Positions 28,699-37,121 are shown, numbered from the stretch's first letter. The stretch is 56,294 bases of DNA from Bacilli bacterium (GCA_017442875.1 JAFSPN010000025.1:1-56294), one strand, 5' to 3'. A program made the numbers and translations. The notes: generated by a model not told the origin, from the letters alone.

Positions 28699-29646
28699 AT
28701 GAAAAAGACGATTGAAATTATTATTGTAACTCTCGTTGTTATCTCCTTAAGTATCTTAGGATTTATCTTTAATCCAATTACACTTTCAGACAACCAAAAA
28801 GAAACACTTTTAATTTTAGTTATTACTTGTGGCGCGAGTGCGTTATATTGCTTTGTTGTGGGTGAGATATCTCGTAATAACTCACAAATGGATAAACTGT
28901 GGTCCATTATGCCAATCGCTTATACATGGATTATCGCTGCGAAAAGCGGTATGAATCCAAGACAAGTGATCTATGCCATCTTAGTTACCCTTTGGGGTAT
29001 TAGATTAACAATGAACTTCGCTAGAAAAGGTGCTTATAGCATTAAGTTCTGGAGTGGTGAAGAAGATTATAGATGGAAGATCTTAAGAAGCAAACCTGCC
29101 TTCCAAAACAAGTTTGTTTGGGCACTATTTGATTTGTTCTTTATCTCTATTTATCAAAACGCTTTAGTGTTAGCTATTTGCTTACCATCTTTCGCAGCGA
29201 TGGATTCTGCTGCTACATTGGGTTTATTTGACTTTATTGCCTTTGGTGGCGCGTTCATGTTCTTGCTTCTTGAAACCGCTGCGGATGAGCAACAAATGTT
29301 TTTCCACACCACTAAAAGAAAAATGCTTAATGAAGGTAAAACCTTAGAGGAATTACCAGAACCATTTAATAAAGGTTTTAACACCTTGGGTTTGTGGAAT
29401 TATTCTCGTCACCCTAACTACTTAGGCGAACAAGGATTCTGGTTGGCTTTATATTTAGTCACCATAGGCGCAGGAGTAGTTTCTTATAACTTTTTCTCCT
29501 ACACTCTTGTGGGACCATTACTTTTAATCTTTATCTTCTTAGGAAGCTCAATATTGCAAGAAGGCATTTCATCAAAGAAATATCCTGAATATAGTAACTA
29601 CGTCAACAAAGTATCTAAATACATTCCATTTAGGAAATATAGATAG
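28699..29646 (+). CDS. DUF1295 / steroid-5-alpha-reductase-like membrane protein
   Basis: It is a multi-TM protein with the family motif YSRHPNYLGEQGFW near the C-terminus. Confidence 0.7.
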   Translation: MKKTIEIIIVTLVVISLSILGFIFNPITLSDNQKETLLILVITCGASALYCFVVGEISRNNSQMDKLWSIMPIAYTWIIAAKSGMNPRQVIYAILVTLWGIRLTMNFARKGAYSIKFWSGEEDYRWKILRSKPAFQNKFVWALFDLFFISIYQNALVLAICLPSFAAMDSAATLGLFDFIAFGGAFMFLLLETAADEQQMFFHTTKRKMLNEGKTLEELPEPFNKGFNTLGLWNYSRHPNYLGEQGFWLALYLVTIGAGVVSYNFFSYTLVGPLLLIFIFLGSSILQEGISSKKYPEYSNYVNKVSKYIPFRKYR

Positions 29647-30615
29647 TTATTTAATTTCTTTCATTCTTTCTTCTAAGTATCCTGGTAGTTCATCAAGAAT
29701 CTTATATTTAGAAACACCAATAGGAGCATAAGAAGTTTTAAGTGTTGTTTTAACAACATAACTATCCGCGGTTTTACATAGTAATAAACCCACAGTGGGA
29801 TTATCTCCTTCTCCTTTTTCTAAATCATCAATCGCATTGATATAGAACTGTAATTGACCAATATCACTAGGTTGGAATTCCCCTATCTTCACTTCAATCA
29901 CCACGAACGCATGAAGCCTAATGTGATACATAAGCAAATCAATATAGTAATTCTTCTTAGATGGTGTCACTAGTTTATATTCTCTACCCACAAGTGAAAA
30001 ACCTGGTCCTAATTCTTGAAGAAACGAAATAATATTGTCCAAAAGCCTATCTTTTAAGTCTCTTTCATCTTTAATATTAAGCTTTCCTAAAAAATCAAAC
30101 GAAAGAGTGTCTTTAAATACTTCTTTGAGCCGTGCGTCTTTTTCCACTATTTCGGTTACTTGAGGTTCAATCAGTTTTCTTTCGTATGCTTTGGCTTTGA
30201 ACTGTTCGGTGACCACTCTTTTTGACCACTTATTTTCATATGTCTGATTTATGTACCAAAGCATTTCTTCTTTAGAAGATGACTTAGACATTATTTCAAT
30301 AATTGTTCGCCACGGAATTTGGATCACGGCCCGTGAGCCAATTTCATCAGCATCAAATATTCTTGCAAACAAAGACATTCTTTTAAGTTGTGGATAAGAG
30401 TAACCTTTACCATATTCTTTAAGGTCTTGTGCTAGTCTTTGAATATATTTGTTGCCCCATTCTTTTCTTTCGTTAATAATCGTCCCGATTCTGTGGTAGG
30501 TCATAATCATGGCACTGTTGACCACCACTAATGCTTTGTAGCGGTTCTCACTGATCGTTTCTTTGATTTTTTGTAAATCCACCAGATAGGATTTATCAAT
30601 TGTGTTTTCTAACAT
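29647..30615 (-). CDS. YhcG/DUF1016 family PD-(D/E)XK nuclease-like protein
   Basis: The C-terminal core reads YYIDLLMYHIRLHAFVVIEVKIGEFQPSDIGQLQFYINAID (D...E-V-K). It is preceded by repeat copy C. Confidence 0.8.
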   Translation of the reverse strand: MLENTIDKSYLVDLQKIKETISENRYKALVVVNSAMIMTYHRIGTIINERKEWGNKYIQRLAQDLKEYGKGYSYPQLKRMSLFARIFDADEIGSRAVIQIPWRTIIEIMSKSSSKEEMLWYINQTYENKWSKRVVTEQFKAKAYERKLIEPQVTEIVEKDARLKEVFKDTLSFDFLGKLNIKDERDLKDRLLDNIISFLQELGPGFSLVGREYKLVTPSKKNYYIDLLMYHIRLHAFVVIEVKIGEFQPSDIGQLQFYINAIDDLEKGEGDNPTVGLLLCKTADSYVVKTTLKTSYAPIGVSKYKILDELPGYLEERMKEIK

Positions 30616-30620
30616 AAATA

Positions 30621-30673
30621 AAAAACCTCCCTACTTACTAATCGGGAGATTTTTCGGTTTTGTCCAAAAAAAG
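30621..30673 (-). repeat. cassette leader repeat, copy C
   Basis: Its reverse complement is identical to the core of copy A. Confidence 0.8.
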
Positions 30674-30688
30674 TGAAAAAGCTGTCTT

Positions 30689-31663
30689 TTAAAGCGTTAA
30701 CAATGAATCTAATATCTTTTCGTATTTTTTAGTGTCTTCTGTTTCATATATCACCGCAATGCGGTTACCTGCGTCTTTTAAAGATGGTCCAGATATAAAG
30801 ATCTTTTTGTCAGAAAAAGAATAATCAATCACTATATAACGGTCGTGATATAAATTGTTCGTTGGTTTGATAGTGATATTAAGACCGCTTTGCGATTTGA
30901 AATAATCGATATATTCTTCCTTTAAAGGATTTCTGGACACATTGTCTGAATAGATGGTTATCCTAATGTCTTTATTAACACCCAATAAAAGATATAGAGT
31001 TCTTTCGTTTATATAATCATCGATAATATCTATTGTGCTTTTAGCGGAAGAAAATATCGTTTGATAAGCATGATCTGATTCCGCTCTTTGTCCGTTGAGA
31101 ATGATAAAAGGCTTATAAGTTGATGGATCTACGAAATAATTCATAACTACCTCTAATTTCTTTTTAGCATCATCATTAACTTGGTTAAGTCTTTCAATTG
31201 ATTTTGTATTTTCATTAACTTGGTTAGCAAGTTTTAATAGTTCATTTACTGTCGTTAAGTTATTCGATGAAACAATGTAGTTCTTCATCTTTTCGAAGAG
31301 TCTAATCAAAGTGATGCTTTGTTTAGTGGCAAGTTCACCCCGCAATACAGTCATAAGCATGTAGATGCCTTTTTCGGTAAAAGCGTATGGATTATATCTT
31401 CTTTTAGAAGATAACTCATTTGCGGTCGATTTTTTGGACCGCAAAATTTGATCTAGCTCTTGTCGAGTCAATTGAAACATAAAGTCTTCTGGAAACTTTT
31501 TAATATTGTTTTTGACTTGCTCATTCAATTTTCTTGTCGTGTAACCATAGATTCTCGCTAAATCAAAGTCAAACATGACGCGTTCTCCTCTGATTTCATA
31601 AATCATTGATTCCAAGTTTTCTTCATTTAATTCGTTAAATAGCAATTCGTTTTTTTCTTTCAT
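30689..31663 (-). CDS. ORF6N domain protein with a C-terminal PLD-like (HDR...D, GPSLKDAG) module
   Basis: The N-terminal ORF6N signature matches that of 26435-26815. The C-terminal segment reads TIDIIDDYI...LYHDRYIVIDYSFSDKKIFISGPSLKDAG and resembles single-HKD-type PLD nuclease folds. Confidence 0.7.
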   Translation of the reverse strand: MKEKNELLFNELNEENLESMIYEIRGERVMFDFDLARIYGYTTRKLNEQVKNNIKKFPEDFMFQLTRQELDQILRSKKSTANELSSKRRYNPYAFTEKGIYMLMTVLRGELATKQSITLIRLFEKMKNYIVSSNNLTTVNELLKLANQVNENTKSIERLNQVNDDAKKKLEVVMNYFVDPSTYKPFIILNGQRAESDHAYQTIFSSAKSTIDIIDDYINERTLYLLLGVNKDIRITIYSDNVSRNPLKEEYIDYFKSQSGLNITIKPTNNLYHDRYIVIDYSFSDKKIFISGPSLKDAGNRIAVIYETEDTKKYEKILDSLLTL

Positions 31664-31668
31664 AATGT

Positions 31669-31722
31669 AAAAAACCTCCCTACTTACTAATCGGGAGATT
31701 TTTCGGTTTTGTCCAAAAAAAG
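31669..31722 (-). repeat. cassette leader repeat, copy D
   Basis: Its reverse complement is identical to the core of copy A. The SD-to-ATG spacer is the same as in copy B (TTTTTACATTATG). Confidence 0.8.
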
Positions 31723-31741
31723 TTTTAAAAAATGATAAATT

Positions 31742-32197
31742 TTATTTCAACTCTACCGATAATCTTTGATTAAGAGCTGAAAGAACTTTACTTATTTGCT
31801 TAATAGATGGATTAGCGAGCCCTTTTTCAATTTTTGATAAATCTGATTGATCAATACCCGCTTTTGAGGCGAGTTCAACTTGTGACAAATCAGCATTTCT
31901 TCTTAACTCTCTGATTTTATATCCTAAGACGACATTATCGATATCATCATATTCTTTAGACACATCAATACCTTCTTCATAAACAGTATCACATTCAATA
32001 TCCAAATCATCATTCCAATAAACACCACTCCAACCCAAGAGTTTTCCTTTGGTAAATAAGTTTCTGTCTTTTAAGGCATTCAACTGTGGAAATTTGTCCG
32101 CAAGGGAAAGAATGTCGTATCTTTTGACTGTTCCGTCAATAAAATACAAATCGAATGTTGTGCCTTCTTTGATAACTAATTTAATTGATTTCAGCAT
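31742..32197 (-). CDS. DUF2442-like N-terminal domain fused to an XRE-family helix-turn-helix
   Basis: The C-terminal HTH reads YKIRELRRNADLSQVELASKAGIDQSDLSKIEKGLANPSIKQISKV. The N-terminal half (DLYFIDGTVKRYDI...GWSGVYWNDDLDI) fits DUF2442. Confidence 0.65.
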   Translation of the reverse strand: MLKSIKLVIKEGTTFDLYFIDGTVKRYDILSLADKFPQLNALKDRNLFTKGKLLGWSGVYWNDDLDIECDTVYEEGIDVSKEYDDIDNVVLGYKIRELRRNADLSQVELASKAGIDQSDLSKIEKGLANPSIKQISKVLSALNQRLSVELK

Positions 32198-32199
32198 AA

Positions 32200-32262
32200 T
32201 TAATCTAGTGCCGGTAGTTTCTTATAAACACACAATTCATCGATAGATGAAATTGTTGGCAT
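32200..32262 (-). pseudogene. 20-codon remnant of a DUF4160-type gene
   Basis: GGAGG lies 9 nt upstream. The ORF reads MPTISSIDELCVYKKLPALD*. MPTIS is the typical DUF4160 N-terminus, and DUF4160 genes normally sit directly upstream of DUF2442 genes. The stop lies 2 nt upstream of the next ATG. Confidence 0.4.
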
Positions 32263-32334
32263 AATTGATATACCTCCTATATTTTATGTTATATATTCCC
32301 TAAAATCAATAAATCACTGGTTAAGCAAGTCAAA

Positions 32335-32386
32335 CTCTCCATAATTAATAATCGGGGGTTTTTTTGAAATTTGTCCAAAAAAGTTT
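32335..32386 (-). repeat. cassette leader repeat, copy E (diverged)
   Basis: The reverse complement reads AAACTTTTTTGGACAAATTTCAAAAAAACCCCCGATTATTAATTATGGAGAG. Confidence 0.6.
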
Positions 32387-32395
32387 AAAAAATTT

Positions 32396-34471
32396 CTACA
32401 CTTCTTTAGCGTCTATCTTTAGTTCGCCTAGATAAATGTTCTTAATAATATCGTAAATAATAACAGTGCCCCAGGAATCAATCTTGCAATACGCTAAAGC
32501 TTCATTAAGTAAGTCTTGTGTGGATGGCCCGATATCTTGTTCGTTTAAATGGCTTCTCACTAGTAATGATTTATATAAGTCTAAACAAATGCCACCGTTA
32601 TAAACTAAGCACTTTTCACCCTTGTGATAATCAAGAGAATAAGTTAAATCAAACGGGAGTTTTTTATTATAGAAATCTAAGACATCTTGATCCGCTGCTA
32701 ATGTTGGTTGCACCACTTTTAAGGAACCACGTCCATTGAAATCGACGCAGTAGATGCTACCTGATGTAAAGAAATCAAGTAAGTCCACGACATTGTCATT
32801 AAAGTTATTAACAAACCTAATTAAGTCGTTATCACATAGGCCCACAAAGTCTTCAGCGAAATCGTCCATCCTGGTCTTTTCAAAGTTTTTGTTAAAGACC
32901 ACGACTCGATAATTACGGGCGTATGGATCAATACCAGACTTTTCTAATTGGGCTTTAAGCGTCTTATATAGTTCAATGCTTGGATTCTCATATTTAGTGA
33001 TATCTGGATTAGCAATATACTCGTAGTGGGTCACATCACCGCCTACGCCTTTATCAAAGTCGTGCTTACCTAAGTCATAGCCTTTTTTAACAATATGCAT
33101 TGAGTATTGCGAAACAATCTGCTTCCAAGGATGAGAGTGTTTTACTAAAGGGATTGGATATTGGAATGATTCAAAATCAAAGAATAAGAGGTATTCAATT
33201 TCAGGATTATAGTAATCTCTTTCAATTATTTCCTTAATCAGACTACGGACAATGATATACTTTTCTTTAATGTCGCCTCTTTGATACTCAATCTGACGAT
33301 AAGCATTAGATGGATTACCATTCTTTTTAACCATTGGATAAAGGGATATATCAATATCACTAATCTTTGTAACGCCAACTTCCATTTGCTTTTTTACTCT
33401 GTCAAAGTAACCACCAAATGTCGTCCAATTTGTTAATTTGAATATCGAGTTAGGATCTTTTTCGACTTCAGGGAAACACATGTTCATAAATTCACATGTT
33501 GGTCTCTTACGGCACCAGTATTGTTTTTTAGGCTCGACAACGCTGTCTTTAGAAATCCTATCAATGTCGTCAAGGATATTCTCGATTGTTTCAAGTGTTT
33601 CTCTTGGCGCATAGATATAAAGTCCATCATCAAAGTATTGTTTTAGAGGGATCGTGCCGTCTTTATGATTGAATTCTCTTTTGATAATAAACAACTTATC
33701 AAGCTCGCTTCTATCCACTGGGTAGCACAATTTTGTTAATTCAAATTCGCGGTTGGTGAACATATAACTGATTTCTTTGATTGGATATCCCGCTTTTTTG
33801 TAGACATAGTATTGGAATAATAAGTCATAGAGATATTTGACTCTGATTTTACTATCAAGGTCATAATCCTTAACTCCATCTTTTGATGGATGTTCAAAAA
33901 CAGTATTGGTGCCTTTGACTTCGATGAGTTCGAATGTGTCATCACCGTTTTTAATTAATACGTCGAATCTCGCTCTTAAGCCATCTACTTCAATTTGTCC
34001 TTCAAAGACAACAGTGACATTTGGATCGTTAATATACCTAGTAGTTAAACCAAGTATCTCGTTTTGATCTAATAATTCATTTCCATCTTTATCAATATCA
34101 CATCTAGCGCATTTTTCTTTGCCGTAGTGATTCTCATAGTATTGTCTAGAGAGCTTAGATATTAATTGGTTATCGTTATACTTTTCAATTAACTCTTCAG
34201 CGGCGTTCTTTTTGGCGTTTTTCTCATATTCTAAGATTTCTTTTTTTAATTGAGGGTAATCTTTTAATACCTCGTATAAATCAAAGGTATCATCGTCATC
34301 GCTGTTATCAAAAGCTTCCGCTTTTTCTTCTGCCACTAACTCACGATACTGAACTTGATTATCAATAGACTTCTTAAGAAGGGCTACAAGTGTTTTGTCT
34401 TCCAGCTCTAAAGAAACTAAATAAGGACATTTTCTAGCAACATAGTCTTTGATAATGGTTTTTGTAATCAT
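32396..34471 (-). CDS. DUF2779 family protein (N-terminal PD-(D/E)XK nuclease-like domain plus C-terminal DUF2779/exonuclease-like domain)
   Basis: The PD-(D/E)XK motif reads RFDVLIKNGDDTFELIEVKG. The DUF2779 signature reads LLFFDFESFQYPIPLVKHSHPWKQIVSQYSMH. A GGAG SD is present. Confidence 0.65.
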   Translation of the reverse strand: MITKTIIKDYVARKCPYLVSLELEDKTLVALLKKSIDNQVQYRELVAEEKAEAFDNSDDDDTFDLYEVLKDYPQLKKEILEYEKNAKKNAAEELIEKYNDNQLISKLSRQYYENHYGKEKCARCDIDKDGNELLDQNEILGLTTRYINDPNVTVVFEGQIEVDGLRARFDVLIKNGDDTFELIEVKGTNTVFEHPSKDGVKDYDLDSKIRVKYLYDLLFQYYVYKKAGYPIKEISYMFTNREFELTKLCYPVDRSELDKLFIIKREFNHKDGTIPLKQYFDDGLYIYAPRETLETIENILDDIDRISKDSVVEPKKQYWCRKRPTCEFMNMCFPEVEKDPNSIFKLTNWTTFGGYFDRVKKQMEVGVTKISDIDISLYPMVKKNGNPSNAYRQIEYQRGDIKEKYIIVRSLIKEIIERDYYNPEIEYLLFFDFESFQYPIPLVKHSHPWKQIVSQYSMHIVKKGYDLGKHDFDKGVGGDVTHYEYIANPDITKYENPSIELYKTLKAQLEKSGIDPYARNYRVVVFNKNFEKTRMDDFAEDFVGLCDNDLIRFVNNFNDNVVDLLDFFTSGSIYCVDFNGRGSLKVVQPTLAADQDVLDFYNKKLPFDLTYSLDYHKGEKCLVYNGGICLDLYKSLLVRSHLNEQDIGPSTQDLLNEALAYCKIDSWGTVIIYDIIKNIYLGELKIDAKEV

Positions 34472-34584
34472 AATGGTGTCTCCTTGTGCGATTCATACAC
34501 AATTAGTTTAACCAAAATTCTGTTGGTTAGACTATAACATTTATTTTTGTGTATACATATGTACATTACTCTTATTATCGGGAG

Positions 34585-34617
34585 CAAAAAAGCCGTTGTC
34601 ATGGACGGCTCGTTTTT
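34585..34617. terminator. bidirectional intrinsic terminator
   Basis: The structure is A6-AGCCGT-tgtcatgg-ACGGCT-cgTTTTT. Confidence 0.7.
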
Positions 34618-34641
34618 GTGTTTTGTTTAGAACATTTTAAA

Positions 34642-34923
34642 TTATGATTCTTGGCAAAGCATTTGACCTGTCTTGGTATCAAATAATCTAATTTGTCTCC
34701 ATTTGATATAAGCTCCTGGTCTTCTAAATGCTCTTCCTTGTTCTTCAATGACTAAATAGAAAGCTTTACGTGCCTCTTCTTCCGAACAAGATAAACTAAG
34801 CACCTTTTCCATACTGCCGTCTTCGTTTTTTAATGTAATGTAGTAGGTCTCGTCATTCAACGATTTGGCCGTGATGTGATCTAATCTGCTTTTAACTTCA
34901 TTTGTCACTTTATATTGTTCCAT
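34642..34923 (-). CDS. hypothetical protein (93 aa)
   Basis: An AAGGAGA SD is present and the terminator follows directly. It is driven by promoter-operator module 1. Confidence 0.5.
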   Translation of the reverse strand: MEQYKVTNEVKSRLDHITAKSLNDETYYITLKNEDGSMEKVLSLSCSEEEARKAFYLVIEEQGRAFRRPGAYIKWRQIRLFDTKTGQMLCQES

Positions 34924-35086
34924 TTTGTTTCTCCTTATATAAAAGTTTTATAATTAATAAATTTGTTTATATCAACCACCAATCAGAAAGATAGAGATAA
35001 GAATGATAAAGGAGGTAAGAAAGGTGTGATTGGATTGGTGGTTGATATTGTTGGAGGAAAGTGAGGTTTTGGGTTGTTGCGAGAAT

Positions 35087-35148
35087 ACAATAACACTCCA
35101 AGGATGCTTTCCTCAAACAACCAAAAGAAATGTACACAACTTTGTACA
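35087..35148 (-). promoter_or_regulatory. promoter-operator module 1 (TGTACA-N6-TGTACA, N14, TTGAGG, N18, TATTGT)
   Basis: Boxes lie at 35131-35136 and 35143-35148, the -35 at 35111-35116 and the -10 at 35087-35092. The geometry is identical to modules 2 and 3. Confidence 0.5.
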
Positions 35149-35166
35149 AATCGCGATAATTAGAAA

Positions 35167-35280
35167 AACGAATTGGTAAGAAGGATACTTATCTAGAACG
35201 GTAAATCATCGCCGTCAACAATGCTGTTTTCGTCTTTTTATGTGTTTATTTCCTGAACCCGAAAACAAAACAGCTTTTAA
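35167..35280 (+). ncRNA. possible short orphan transcript (about 110 nt) from the plus-facing side of module 1
   Basis: On the plus strand, TGTACA-N18-GATAAT ends at 35160. A GCTGTTTTCG / CGAAAAC-AAAA-CAGC stem is followed by TTTT at 35275-35278. No ORF is present. The region occupies the position that holds the WYL gene in the paralogous module 2. Confidence 0.25.
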
Positions 35281-35312
35281 CTTTTCCAATAAAGGAATTC
35301 TGACCTAGTATG

Positions 35313-36131
35313 TTATTGTAACCTAATCTCGACTTTGATCAAGCCGTCTTTATTCTTTGTGCGCCAGAAAGGTCTGGATTTGATATTATTCAAAAGATCT
35401 GAATCAGCGTTGAAATTGTTTGCCTTCCATTTCAGCATTTTAGGATTGCCAGTTTCGTAAGTAAGAATGATGTTGGCTTCTTTTTTGACTAAAAGTTCCT
35501 TTTTGAAGTCTTCTATGCTAGAAGGGTTGAGAACAATCTCTGGTTGATTTTTCGAGGAATTTTTCTTCTTTGTTACAACATTTTGTGGAGCTGGTGTTAG
35601 TCCGGCTAAGCCAATAGCCTTATCAATTCTTTTTTCTTGTTCTACACCAACTTCATCATATATAGAAAAAAGATATGGAGAGATTGCGTTCCTAATTTGA
35701 TCTGGATTGTATCCACAATCTTTTTGGAATTGCTTAATTTTATTTAATCTTCTTTGTCTTTCTGCTTGTGAAACACCCGCTAAAACTGTGTTGTCATTCA
35801 ACAAAAAATCTTCCACTGTTTTACTTGATTTTTTCTGATTAGCAATTTTATCTGCGTAAACCAAATTACCCATTACATTTAAGCCACAGCATTCCTTGTT
35901 TTGAGGAACGATATGATCAATAGCATAGTTCTCGCCTTTTTCGATATCTTGTCTTAAGTCTCTATCCGTATATGGGCATTTATAATCAAAGTATCTCAAG
36001 GTTTCTTCTATGTCCGCTTGAGTAAATTTTCCGAACACTTTTCGGCTAATACCTGTGAGTATGTTTCTAATAACAATGTTAGATGCATCACCAGGCTCTG
36101 TTCCGCGTGCTGATTTTGGTAGTTTTGACAT
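35313..36131 (-). CDS. HNH endonuclease domain protein
   Basis: The HNH core reads YAIDHIVPQNKECCGLNVMGNLVYADKIANQKK. A GGAAG-type SD is present. Confidence 0.75.
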   Translation of the reverse strand: MSKLPKSARGTEPGDASNIVIRNILTGISRKVFGKFTQADIEETLRYFDYKCPYTDRDLRQDIEKGENYAIDHIVPQNKECCGLNVMGNLVYADKIANQKKSSKTVEDFLLNDNTVLAGVSQAERQRRLNKIKQFQKDCGYNPDQIRNAISPYLFSIYDEVGVEQEKRIDKAIGLAGLTPAPQNVVTKKKNSSKNQPEIVLNPSSIEDFKKELLVKKEANIILTYETGNPKMLKWKANNFNADSDLLNNIKSRPFWRTKNKDGLIKVEIRLQ

Positions 36132-36245
36132 ACGTTACTTCCTCTATTTCTGTTTATAAGTCATTATTTTTGTGCCTCTGACAATGAAGTCAGCAAAGCA
36201 AATCAATCAGATGTATAGATGATTTAAATCAGTATAGCATTTTTA

Positions 36246-36647
36246 TTATGATGTTTTTAACATCTCGTCAATTGCTTTGATGTAATTAGCGTAGATAGTG
36301 ATATAACCGAGATTAGCACCTTCATCAACGAACCAGAAGATATCTTTTGGTGAGGATACCACACCACATTCGGTTTCGTTTGGATGATAATCTTGAGCGT
36401 ACATTAATAAGTTGTTTAAGTATTCTTCTCTTAGTTTGAGAAGATTCTCTTTACTCATGATTTTGAGTTTTCTTTCTTTAAGTACTTCTGGAGTGAAGTA
36501 GCCTTCTTCACCTTCAACTGTACAAGAGAAGTTGAAGAGTTCTGCCGCTCTATCAAGAGCGTCCTTCATACTCTCTTTGTCCTTGAATTTAGAGAGTAAT
36601 TCATAAGTGTTTTTATCGTTTTCAGTAATAGTTAATTTAATTTCCAT
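36246..36647 (-). CDS. hypothetical protein (133 aa)
   Basis: An AGGAGA SD is present. No motif recognised. Confidence 0.5.
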   Translation of the reverse strand: MEIKLTITENDKNTYELLSKFKDKESMKDALDRAAELFNFSCTVEGEEGYFTPEVLKERKLKIMSKENLLKLREEYLNNLLMYAQDYHPNETECGVVSSPKDIFWFVDEGANLGYITIYANYIKAIDEMLKTS

Positions 36648-36746
36648 ATTGTTTCTCCTTTCAATATCTATATTAATGACACAGAAAAATAGACTATGTA
36701 ATTAACGCCACTTTTTGTGCGTGTTTTTGAACAATGTTTTGTTTTT

Positions 36747-37121
36747 TTACATCATGCCCACGACACGGAAATGATGCCTACGTGCATAACTATTTAGATA
36801 TTTATTATCTATAGCGGTGCTAAAGATATGGAATGTAATATCTTGATTACAGCCATCAAAGGCATCTTCAGCGATTTCGACGATTTTATCTTTGTCGATA
36901 ATAGCGAACCAGACATCTTTTAACGACTTACAGTCGATGAAAGCCCCATGGCTAATCCTAGTGATGTCAAATCCAAAGTAGGCATCAGTTAATGATTCGC
37001 ATCCCCTGAAGGCATCAGCACCCACGAAGATAGCGTCTTCCATCACCACTGTTTCTAACTCCTTGTCATTTTCGTGACTATATTTTTCAACGAATTGTTC
37101 CTTTAAATATAATTTACTCAT
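36747..37121 (-). CDS. small BspA-type leucine-rich-repeat (LRR_5-like) protein
   Basis: I moved the start to the ATG at 37119-37121 (M27 of the track ORF), which has an AAGGAGA SD and an ATGAGTAA overlap with the stop of the ARH gene. The repeats GADAFRGCESLTDAYF / ISHGAFIDCKSLKDVWF / IAEDAFDGCNQ fit the LRR_5 pattern. Confidence 0.55.
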   Translation of the reverse strand: MSKLYLKEQFVEKYSHENDKELETVVMEDAIFVGADAFRGCESLTDAYFGFDITRISHGAFIDCKSLKDVWFAIIDKDKIVEIAEDAFDGCNQDITFHIFSTAIDNKYLNSYARRHHFRVVGMM

